A stretch of 64,000 bases of DNA from Azolla caroliniana (Eukaryota; Plantae; Polypodiophyta). Location: positions 19,468,001-19,532,000 of the forward strand of contig JBHGNT010000006.1 in the NCBI GenBank assembly GCA_043228905.1, read 5' to 3'. This document shows positions 39,101-49,389 of this stretch, in pieces. The notes below the pieces were generated by a model. That model worked only from the letters and a program-made list of their open reading frames with translations. It searched no databases and was not told the origin of the DNA. Within the stretch, counting starts at the first letter, position 1, and each line of letters opens with the position of its first letter. The position numbers and the translations under genes were made by a program.

Positions 39101-41705
39101 TGCTATCAAAGTAAAAGAAGAAATCGATAAACTCTTAAAAGTAGGATTTATTCGACCCGTCAAAAAATCAACATGGTTGAGTCCGATAGTAGTAGTTCCG
39201 AAAAAGAATGGGAAAATTCGCGTATGTGTGGATTACAGAAAATTGAATGCAGCGACAATTACGGATGTGTTTCCGTTACCATTCACAGATGGGATATTAG
39301 ATGCAGTAGCTGGACATGAAATTTATAGTTTCTTGGATGGGTTCAGTGGGTACAACTAAGTACGGATGAATCCGGAAGATCAGGAAAAGACAGCTTTTGT
39401 CACAGAATGGGGTGTCTTTGTGGCAGTAGTAATGATGTTCGGTTTAAAAACAGCTCCAGCTACATTTCAGCGGGTAATACAGGAAATATTCGGGGAATAT
39501 ATTCCAGCTTTCATGCAGGTGTTTTTAGATGATTTTGCGGTATATAGTCGGAAAGCTGATCATTTTGAGCATTTACGGCTATGTTTAGAAAAATGTCGAC
39601 AAGGGCGTCTTAGCTTAAATCCAGCCAAATGCGCATTCGGAGTAATGAGTGGTACGTTACTTGGGCATATTGTTAGTCAAGAAGGGATTGCAGTGGACCC
39701 AGACAAAGTTAAAGCAATTATTGAGGCAACACCACCGACAAATGCTAAAGCTCTAAGTAGATTTTTGGGTCAAATTCGGTGGCACAGTAGAATGATTAGA
39801 TATCTAGCAGACATTGCTATTCCGTTACACACAGCAGTACACAGAGTTCCTTTTATATGGACAAGTATAGAACAAGATGCATATGAATGTCTCAAGAAGA
39901 TGCTGACAAAGGTTCCGGTAGTCCAACCACCGGTCTGGAACAAACCATTTCATGTTTTCGTCGATGCGTCGGACATTGCCATAGGCAGTGCTTTAATGCA
40001 ACTATCCGAACCAAACTGGTATAGGCCGGTATACTATGCCAGTAGGAAACTTTCGTCGGCCGAAAGGAACTATTCAACAACTGAAAGAGAAGCTTTGGGA
40101 ATGATATATAGTGTGAACAAATTTCGACATTACCTTTTGGGTAAGAAATTTACATTTCATGTGGATCATTCGGCTCTACTGTATCTAGTTTCCAAACAAG
40201 AATTGACAGGCAAGTTAGCCAGATGGACGTTATTGCTTCAAGAGTTTGAATTCGACATTATACATCGACCAGGAGCACAGCACGCGATTGCTGACTATCT
40301 CAGTCGGCTTGAATCTGGAGAAGAAGCGGTGGGTGTTAAAGATGATTTTCCAGATACTCAATTATTTCGGGTTGAGGCAGTAAAAGCACAAGAAATGAAT
40401 GAGGAAAAAGAGGATGAATGGATTTCCGAAATGACGATATTTCTATCAACAGGAATTCCGGCCGAACACATGTCGACAGATGAAAGAAAAAGAATTGCAG
40501 TACGAAGTCGAAATTTTTGTTTATTTAATGACATGTTGTATCATAAAGGAGCGGATGGAATATGGCGAAGGGCAGTACGGAAATTTGAAAAATTAGCCAT
40601 ATTAACAGAGTCACATTGTGGAATTGTTGGCGGTCATTACGCAGGAGAAGCAACAGCCAGAAAAATATGGAATAGCGGGTTATGGTGGCCAACGGTGATG
40701 AAAGATGCTAACGAATACTGTAAGAAATGCGATTTGTGTCAAAGAATGGGGCAACCGACCGAAAAGGATCGAATGCCTTTTCAACCGGTTTTACCTCTTG
40801 AGCCATTTCAGAAATGGGGCTTAGATTTTGTTGGCCCATTCAAACCAGCAGCTGCAAGAACCGGTAATCGATATATCATAATTGCGACTGACTATTGCAC
40901 AAAATGGGTTGAAGCAAAAGCTCTCAGAGACAATACAGCAGCATCCACAACAAAATTCCTTTATGGAAATATATGGTGTCGATTCGGTTGCCCAATAGAA
41001 TTGGTAAGCGATCAAGGCACTCATTTTATTAACAAGTTAATTCACGAATTAACCAATTATTATGCCGTAGTTCATAAGAAAAGTACGCCTTACTATCCTC
41101 AAGCTAATGGATTGGCAGAATCGACAAATAAAACAATTCAAACAATTTTAAAGAAGATAGTGAATGAAAATCGTACTGATTGGGATCAAAAGTTAAATAG
41201 TGCATTATGGGCATATCGTACTTCGTACAAAACATCCATTAAATCAACACCTTTCCGAATGGCATTCGGACTTGAAGTTGTTATGCCGATCGAATTTCAA
41301 ATTCCGACACTTCGTATCCAAGCGACGAATAAGTTAAATGAAATAGAATCGGAGCAGATACGCAAAGAGGCTTTATTAGTATTAGAAGAAGAACGGATTC
41401 AATCAATGTCAGCACTAGAACACAAGCAGAGACAAATCAAGGCATTCGTAAATCGACATCGAAGGAAATCGGAAGAGAAATTCGAAATTGGGAAACCGGT
41501 ATTGGTATTCCAGACGAAAATGGGACTGATGCCTGGGAAACTCCGGTATAGATGGACAGGTCCAGTATGGATAATTAATAGTAAAAATGGTACGTATCAG
41601 CTGGGATCATTAACCGGAGAGGTTTTACCGAAATGGGTAAATGGATTCCGGCTTAAACCGTATTTGGGAGATATGTCGGTAAACCCGTTTATTCAAACGG
41701 AATAA
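36198..41705 (+). pseudogene. gag-pol: Single-frame gag-pol (gag, Zn knuckles, PR, RT, RH, INT) with one in-frame TAA at 39357
   Basis: ORFs 36198-39359 and 39366-41705 share a frame; CYICRQLGHYANQC, IIDGGSG, FSGYN*VRM (normally Q), FLDDF, DASD, NGLAESTNK motifs. Confidence 0.93.
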
Positions 41706-44076
41706 ATAAATAAATAAATAAATAAATAAAACTAACTAACTAACTCACTCAATAGTTCTTGTCAATGCAGAAATAGAATCTTGCCATAACATTCTAAATC
41801 GACTATAAATAGGAAGAGGAATTGCATGATTATTAGTAAGTGGTACAACCACTACACGTAGAGTTAATACTAATTAATTCCTACATTAATAGCAATTACT
41901 ATTCTTTAGTCATAATGCATAAGTTAATATCTTTAAAGCATATTTCTGTATCTTCTGTGTCGCCAAAGCAACAGAAACGAGTGCAGATCTGAAACATTCT
42001 GAGCCTTCGTGCCCTAGCTCGCCCAAACTCTGTTTTTCTGATTTTCATCGCTATAGAAGCTGTGCAGATCTCCAACCGTCATCGACAAGTGATTCAGAAC
42101 AAGCAAACACAGAAGTCATGCCGATTCCTGTGTCTGAAGAACTGCGACTGTGGCTTCATGAGAGAAACTTACAAGGTTTCATCAAAGTAGCAGAAGCGGA
42201 ACCTCATCCGCACGCGGAAGAATTGGTACAACAATTAGACATCACCAAGGTCACCACAAAGAAAATACGAAATGCATTACAGATGCCAAGAGGAGGCTTT
42301 GATACAGTTAAAAAACCTTCATCAGAAGCACTTCAATCGTATTTCGGAGAATACTCACCCTCGGCAAAAGCATATCAGACTTATGGAGGTCGGGAGGAGT
42401 TTTTCCATGAAGTGGCTAGATTTTTACTAGAGGTGGGATTTGTCAGTCCCTGTTTTTATTGTATGCCGAAAAAAAGGGTTGGGTTTATCATAGCCGCATA
42501 CGAAAAAGAGGATTTCAACTGGCCACTATTGTCGGGGGAAGCTCTGAGAAAGCAGCTACAAGGGGTAAAAACAGGAAAACCAATGAAGCAAATTTTTGGT
42601 CGTTGGCTATCGGTATTGTTTCCGATTCAAGAATCGGAAACTCCTGTTCAGTCAAGAAGACCACCGATAGTACAAGCACCTCGAAGACACCGTCAGGTAG
42701 CACATGAAGAATGGATAGAGGAAGAATCGGCACATGCCGATAATATACAAACGGAAATGCCTCAGTCGGAACCACCAAGACCAGAGAATTCCGAAAACAG
42801 GCAACCAGCAGCCAAACAAGAAACCGTTGACCAGTTGATAAACAAGCAGCAGCCGACAGAAAATCGACAACAAGCAGAGAAGATGCGACAAAGGACAAGG
42901 GTTAAACAAAAGGCTAATCGGCAATTCCAACCAGAAAACAGTGATGAGTCAGCACCGAAAAGGCAACGCACAAAGGAAAATTCGAATACACCTGTAGTAA
43001 CAGAAGTAATAAAACCAGGGAATGAGAGCATTTCGACACAACTTCAACAAGGACAATCTTCAAAAGTAGCAATTTGGGAAGCACATGGGTGCTTGGATAT
43101 TCCACCAGCAGCACATGAGTTAGCTGCCATTTTACAGTTCGGAACTTCATACGAACTGGTTGAATGGTTGGCTAGAAGATTGACAGAAGTATCAGAACGG
43201 CTGGCTCAAGAACATCATGACCGAATAATGATACAGAAGTCCTTACGAGGAGTGTTGGAACCTCAAGAAAAAGCAGAGATAGAGAAAATCGGCCGGAAAA
43301 GAAATGCACAGAATAGAGGGGAGGCTATTGAAATGCCACCATTACATGAAGCACTGGTCGAAATTTATAGAGAATATGAAAAGGCACGCAAAGCAGCCAG
43401 TGATATGGCTGAAAGATACAAAAGTGTATCAGCATCGGCGGAGGTGCTGAAACGTCAGTTTTGTAACATACAAACAGAAAATAAAGAACTAAAAGAAAGT
43501 CTAAACAAATGGGAAACACAGGCACGACCTATGGCGTCGGAGTCAGAATGGCAGCAGAAATTGGAGGACGCCGAGAAAGCACGTCAAGTAGAAACAACAA
43601 GGGCCAACAATGCTGTATTTCGAACTATAGAATTAGAAAAATAAATAGAAACCATTCAGAATGGCCAATACAAAGTTCTCGAAGAAAAAAATCAATTAAT
43701 AAACGAATTACAGAAAAATCTGGAAGAAGCTAAGACGGCCAATCATACATATACCGAACAAATTGAGGAATTCGAAAGGTATATAGTGTCATAACTAGAC
43801 TCGAACCCATAACCTTTTGTTACACGGGTCGAGACTTTACCATTAGGTTATGAATTGTAATTTGAAGGATATTATTTTCATTTAGGTTTTATTGGGAAAT
43901 TGATGTATATTCCAGATTTCTCTGGAACATTCTAGAAACTTCAGGAGTATTCCTGAAGACACTATAAAAGGAGGCGCAAGGCATTAGTTCGAACCAAATC
44001 GGTTCAACGCCAGTCTTAAGCCTTCTAACTACTGTTGTATATCTTCCTTCATATAATACATATATCTTTCGCATCA

Positions 44077-44118
<42 letters not shown>

Positions 44119-44311
44119 ATTCCTTCTCTGTCTTAGTACTATTCCCCAACAATAGTACTAATCCTTCTTTTAGTACTAATTCCTTCTCTGCCTTAATAGA
44201 GTTCCTGACAGTTTGAACCGATTTTTGGGTGCCTGTCTGGTCTTTTCTCTCCCTCTTCCTTCTGTCTCCCTCCTTTCCTACTAGTCTCTTATTTCCCTTT
44301 TCCTTCATCCC

Positions 44312-45481
44312 ATGGCCACCGTTAGCGCTGAAGAGTATCAATCCGTTTTCTCGGAATTTCAATGCTTGAAAGAGAAGTTTCATGCTTTGGAACAAGAAAA
44401 TCAACGCTTGTTGGGGGATCTTCAGCAAATTTCCTTAGAAAAGCAGCAAACGCAACAACAGCATGGGGAACTTGCGTTACGCGTGCAACAACTCGAAGCA
44501 ACCATCGTAGCAATGCAACAACAAGGGCACGGAGCACAAGGGATTCATAAAGAACCCAAGATTGGCCTTCCCACGAAGTTCGATGGAACGCGATCGCAGT
44601 TTAGAGGGTTTCTTAACCAGGTACGGTTAGTTATTCAAATGCATCCGTCCCGATATCCCACCGATGCATCACGAGTGGGTTTAGTAGGCACGTTGTTAAA
44701 TGGCTCAGCATTAGCATGGTTCGCTCCGCTACTAGAAAAGGAATCTCCAGTACTAAATAATTTTGAAGAATTCATAAGTGAGTTTAAAGCATGTTTTGGA
44801 GATACTGACAGCATAAGGACTGCAATCAACAAAATCCGGCGATTACGCCAAGGTGACCGTCCAGCCTCCGCATATGCTGCAGATTTCCGCCTACTCGCCG
44901 CCGATATCCCCTGGGATGATCAAGCATTGATGGAACAGTTCCGCTATGGTCTACGCAACGATGTCAAGGATTTACTCTTGACTTTCCCTGAAGAGCCAAA
45001 ATCATTAACAGAAGCAATCAGTCGAGCGGTAAGATGTGACAACCGCCTCTTCGAGCGACGTTCGGAACGACAATTTCAGATGCCGAGGGCAAGATCCGAG
45101 CCTACCTATGCCTCAGTGGTAGCAAAACCTTTTCAAAGGGAGTCACATAATGCGCCTCCAGTAAGTACTCCAACTCCAATGGAAATTGACACTACACGTC
45201 GTCGTGGGCCGCTATCGGAGGAGGAAAAGCAACGACGCCGAACAAACCGATTATGCCTTTATTGCGGTGGACCAGGGCATATCGCGATAAACTGTCCCCA
45301 TAGACCAAGAAGGCAGGTAAACCAAGTCGTTGTTAGTTCTGACTATACTAAACCCGAGTCTATTTCAGTAGGAATCTCTGATAGTCCTCATAGTCATAAT
45401 AGTCCTAATAGTACTAATAGTCCGAATCTCACAAACAAATTTGATGTCCTTAGCCAATTAGAAGAAGAGTTAAACGACTAA
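44312..45481 (+). CDS. gag: Gag (coiled-coil N-terminus, retrotransposon gag domain, CCHC knuckle)
   Basis: 389 aa; PTKFDGTR, LRQG...YAADF, CLYCGGPGHIAINC. Confidence 0.95.
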   Translation: MATVSAEEYQSVFSEFQCLKEKFHALEQENQRLLGDLQQISLEKQQTQQQHGELALRVQQLEATIVAMQQQGHGAQGIHKEPKIGLPTKFDGTRSQFRGFLNQVRLVIQMHPSRYPTDASRVGLVGTLLNGSALAWFAPLLEKESPVLNNFEEFISEFKACFGDTDSIRTAINKIRRLRQGDRPASAYAADFRLLAADIPWDDQALMEQFRYGLRNDVKDLLLTFPEEPKSLTEAISRAVRCDNRLFERRSERQFQMPRARSEPTYASVVAKPFQRESHNAPPVSTPTPMEIDTTRRRGPLSEEEKQRRRTNRLCLYCGGPGHIAINCPHRPRRQVNQVVVSSDYTKPESISVGISDSPHSHNSPNSTNSPNLTNKFDVLSQLEEELND

Positions 45482-48400
45482 GTCCAGCCAAAATAGGAGC
45501 CGTTTGGTTGGACAGCCCTAGATCTGTGCAGCCCATTAGTGGTTCCATTCCCTCTAAGCAAGTTAGTGATGTGTTCGTAGCCCAAGTAGCAGTTAGTACT
45601 AAAAGTACCCCTCCAGTACATACCTTAGCCCTTCTAGATTCCGGAGCTAATTCTTGCTTCATGGATAGGAATTTTGCCCGAGCTCATCAGATATCTCTCA
45701 GAAAGCTCCCATGTCCAGCCTCAGTAGTAGTCATTGATGGTCGTCCCATTGCTTCTGGTAATATCATAGAAGAGTCGGAACCCGTTAATATTGTCCTAGA
45801 TAACTTAACATGTGTAGTATCATTTAATATTATTAGTATTCCAGAACATCCCATAGTTTTAGGATTACCATGGTTCGAGTTACATAACCCAAACATAGAT
45901 TGGAGGACAAGGGAAATCCGGTTGCGACAAACCCAAGGATCTACCCAGAAGGTTGCAACCATTTCGCTACATCAGTTGCGTGAGGAAGGGCGCAAGGAGG
46001 AAATGTTTCTCTTCGCAATATCAGTACAACCCTCCAGCACCACCAAAGAGGAGTCCACCGTTCAACTTCCCGAGAAGTATCGTCAGTATGCTGATGTGTT
46101 CGATAAAGTACAAGCCAACACACTTCCTCATCATCGGCCGTACGATTGCGCCATCGACTTACAACCGGGAAAAGAGCCGCCATGGGGGCCGATCTACAAT
46201 TTGTCACCAACCGAGCTAGAAGTCCTCCGAGCCTATATAGAGGAGAATTTGGAGAACGGTTTCATTCGGCATTCGAAATCTCCAGCCGGTGCACCCATTT
46301 TCTTCGTCAAGAAAAAAGATGGCTCGCTTCGACTCGTTGTAGATTACCGTGGCTTGAATAAGGTCACAGTAAGAAATAGGTATGCTCTTCCCCTTATCTC
46401 AAGTCTTTTAGAACGGATCAACGGTGCCAGGTTCTTCACGAAGATCGACTTACGAGGAGCCTATAACCTCGTACGGATCCGACCAGGAGATGAATGGAAG
46501 ACCGCGTTTCGCACCAGATATGGGCACTTCGAGTATACGGTCATGCCGTTCGGACTCACTAATGCGCCGGCAGTCTTCCAGCACATGGCGAATGATATAT
46601 TTCGAGATCTCTTGGATGATTTTTTGATCATCTATTTGGATGATCTACTGGTTTATTCAAAGACCCAAGAAGAACATGATTCTCATGTACTATTAGTACT
46701 AAAACGACTTCGAGAACATGGTCTGTATGCAAAGTTAGAGAAATGTAGTTTCGGGTGCAACCAAGTGGAATTTCTCGGCTATGTCATCTCCTCAGAAGGC
46801 ATATCTATGGACCCAGCCAAGGTGAAAACGGTGATAGAATGGCACACTCCGCGTTCGGTGCGGGATGTGCAATGCTTCCTAGGCTTTGCAAATTTTTACC
46901 GGAAGTTCATACAAAATTACTCAAAAATTGTGCTGCCTCTCACACAGCTCACCAGGAAGGGACAATCATTCATTTGGTCTAAAGAGACGGACATGGCTTT
47001 CGAGAGTCTTAAGAAGACGTTTACATCAGCTCCAATTTTAGGTCATGTGGATCCGGAAAAACCATTCATTATCGAAGCTGACGCATCGGATTTCGCATTG
47101 GGGAGCATTCTGTCACAACAGGGTAACGACGAGAAGCTACATCCTGTGGCTTTCCACTCCCGTAAGTTTGACGCCGCCGAAATCAACTACGAAATTCATG
47201 ATAAAGAGCTATTAGCAATAGTTGATTCTTTTATGCAATGGAGGCATTTCCTGGAGGGATCTCCTCATCAGGTCACTGTATTCAGTGACCACAAGAACCT
47301 TGCCTACTTTCAAGATGCTCGTGTACTGAATCGACGTCAAGCTCGGTGGGCCCACTTCCTCACACGCTTCGACTTCAAAATTACATATCGTCCGGGGAAG
47401 CACCAAGGGAAGGCAGATGCATTATCACGGCGTTCGTATCTAACACCACGTCCCGGTGAGCCAGCTTTCGATAACCAGAAGCAAGTAATCTTGGGTCCAG
47501 CACGACTGCAAGCAGCACAAGTCTTTGACATGCCCGTGGATTCCGACATTACCAATACTATACGTGAGGACTTGAAGACTGACGCTTTCGCCCAAGCTAT
47601 ACTAGCACAAATTGACCCCTCTCGAGCGTCATGTTCACAATCACAATCACCAGGTACGGATTATCGGCAATTCAAATACTGTGATGGATTACTCTTCTTT
47701 AAAGAACTTTTGTATGTTCCTAATGGTTCTTGCCGCCTTCGAGTAGTACAAAATTGCCATGACACATATACAGCAGGACATTTTGGTAGTACTAAAACAT
47801 TAGATTTAGTACAACGATCATTCTGGTGGCCCCGTATGCGACAATTTGTTGAAGATTTTGTTCGGACTTGCGATACATGCTGCAGAGCGAAAATGCCAAG
47901 ACATCATCCATATGGTTTATTAGAACCATTACCAATTCCAAGCAAGCCATGGCAATCCATTGCTCTTGACTTCATTACAGATCTTCCAGTCTCTAAGGGA
48001 TTCAGTGCGATTCTCACAGTGGTGGATCGATATACGAAGATGGCTCATTTCTTACCATGTACTAAAGAAATATCTAGTGAAGACACCGCCGAAATTGTCA
48101 TGCGGGAAGTATGTCGGCATCATGGACTCCCTGATAATATCATCAGCGATCGTGGACCCCAGTTTGTGTCAAAATTCTGGAAGCACCTTTTTAAAATGCT
48201 GAAGGTCACTTGTAACCTCTCCTCCGGCTACCACCCACAAACCGACGGTCAAGCCGAACGAACAAATCAAACACTGGAGCAGTATCTGCGGTGCTTTCTC
48301 AACTATCATCAGAATGACTGGGCAGATATTCTTCAGTTCGCCGAATTTGCCTATAATAACACTATCCACGCATCGACTAAAGTCACGCCATTCTACGCTT

Positions 48401-49065
48401 ATACGGGATATCATCCCCGGTGGTGTGTCCTTGAAACCCCAGAAGTGTCCACAAATCCTTGCGCGGAGGATCGTTTGGAGCGGTTACGCAAGATACAAGC
48501 GGATTTATCTACTCAACTCCAGCAAGCTCAACAATCACACAAGGACTACGCAGATCGTCATCGACTTCCATCCAGTTTTAACATTGGAGATCGGGTGTGG
48601 CTGCTACGACGACACATCAAGACTACTCGCCCATGTGAGAAGTTGGATTATCGGCGATTAGGTCCTTTCCGTATTATCGGGAAGATTAATGATGTCGCTT
48701 TTCGTCTCGAGCTACCTCCGCAACTTCGGATACATCCGGTGTTTCATAGTTCTCTCCTCGAACCCTATCACGAGAGCACTATCCCAGGACGTACTATACA
48801 ACCACCACCTCCTATCGAGCTCGAAGATGGACCTGAGTATGAGGTCGCTGCCATCCTCGATTCCAAGATTGTTCGCAACAAGCTCTACTATCTAGTCGAT
48901 TGGCTAGGATATAGTCCCAGCGAGCGTACTTGGGAACCGATCGAGAATGTGACCAATGCTCGTGCTCTTCTAGAAGACTTCCATCGACGATATCCCGAGA
49001 AACCGGGTCCTCAATCCAAAACGACTCGTGGAACTCGTCGTTTTAAAGGGGGGATAGTGTCATAA
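45469..49065 (+). CDS. pol: Pol (PR, RT, RNase H, integrase, chromodomain), probably expressed by -1 frameshift
   Basis: Frame open from 45454 (track ORF 45508-49065); LLDSGA, YLDDLL, DASDF, DGQAERTNQ, GPF, YEVAAILD...YLVDWLGY...TWEP chromodomain. Confidence 0.95.
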   Translation, partial: VKRLSPAKIGAVWLDSPRSVQPISGSIPSKQVSDVFVAQVAVSTKSTPPVHTLALLDSGANSCFMDRNFARAHQISLRKLPCPASVVVIDGRPIASGNIIEESEPVNIVLDNLTCVVSFNIISIPEHPIVLGLPWFELHNPNIDWRTREIRLRQTQGSTQKVATISLHQLREEGRKEEMFLFAISVQPSSTTKEESTVQLPEKYRQYADVFDKVQANTLPHHRPYDCAIDLQPGKEPPWGPIYNLSPTELEVLRAYIEENLENGFIRHSKSPAGAPIFFVKKKDGSLRLVVDYRGLNKVTVRNRYALPLISSLLERINGARFFTKIDLRGAYNLVRIRPGDEWKTAFRTRYGHFEYTVMPFGLTNAPAVFQHMANDIFRDLLDDFLIIYLDDLLVYSKTQEEHDSHVLLVLKRLREHGLYAKLEKCSFGCNQVEFLGYVISSEGISMDPAKVKTVIEWHTPRSVRDVQCFLGFANFYRKFIQNYSKIVLPLTQLTRKGQSFIWSKETDMAFESLKKTFTSAPILGHVDPEKPFIIEADASDFALGSILSQQGNDEKLHPVAFHSRKFDAAEINYEIHDKELLAIVDSFMQWRHFLEGSPHQVTVFSDHKNLAYFQDARVLNRRQARWAHFLTRFDFKITYRPGKHQGKADALSRRSYLTPRPGEPAFDNQKQVILGPARLQAAQVFDMPVDSDITNTIREDLKTDAFAQAILAQIDPSRASCSQSQSPGTDYRQFKYCDGLLFFKELLYVPNGSCRLRVVQNCHDTYTAGHFGSTKTLDLVQRSFWWPRMRQFVEDFVRTCDTCCRAKMPRHHPYGLLEPLPIPSKPWQSIALDFITDLPVSKGFSAILTVVDRYTKMAHFLPCTKEISSEDTAEIVMREVCRHHGLPDNIISDRGPQFVSKFWKHLFKMLKVTCNLSSGYHPQTDGQAERTNQTLEQYLRCFLNYHQNDWADILQFAEFAYNNTIHASTKVTPFYAYTGYHPRWCVLETPEVSTNPCAEDRLERLRKIQADLSTQLQQAQQSHKDYADRHRLPSSFNIGDRVWLLRRHIKTTRPCEKLDYRRLGPFRIIGKINDVAFRLELPPQLRIHPVFHSSLLEPYHESTIPGRTIQPPPPIELEDGPEYEVAAILDSKIVRNKLYYLVDWLGYSPSERTWEPIENVTNARALLEDFHRRYPEKPGPQSKTTRGTRRFKGGIVS

Positions 49066-49347
49066 CTAGACTCGAACCCATAACCTTTTGTTACACGGGT
49101 CGAGACTTTACCATTAGGTTATGAATTGTAATTTGAAGGATATTATTTTCATTTAGGTTTTATTGGGAAATTGATGTATATTCCAGATTTCTCTGGAACA
49201 TTCTAGAAACTTCAGGAGTATTCCTGAAGACACTATAAAAGGAGGCGCAAGGCATTAGTTCGAACCAAATCGGTTCAACGCCAGTCTTAAGCCTTCTAAC
49301 TACTGTTGTATATCTTCCTTCATATAATACATATATCTTTCGCATCA

Positions 49348-49389
<42 letters not shown>

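Noticed and set aside
39357-39359. Programmed stop readthrough in pol
   Set aside because: Falls inside a conserved RT motif where Gln (CAA) is expected; a C-to-T mutation is simpler
42118-43644. Envelope gene or captured host gene
   Set aside because: No signal peptide or transmembrane segment evident and no recognisable host domain; left as unknown accessory ORF
43791-43855. Functional tRNA genes at the A/B-box sites
   Set aside because: No convincing acceptor or anticodon stems; reported only as tRNA-like modules
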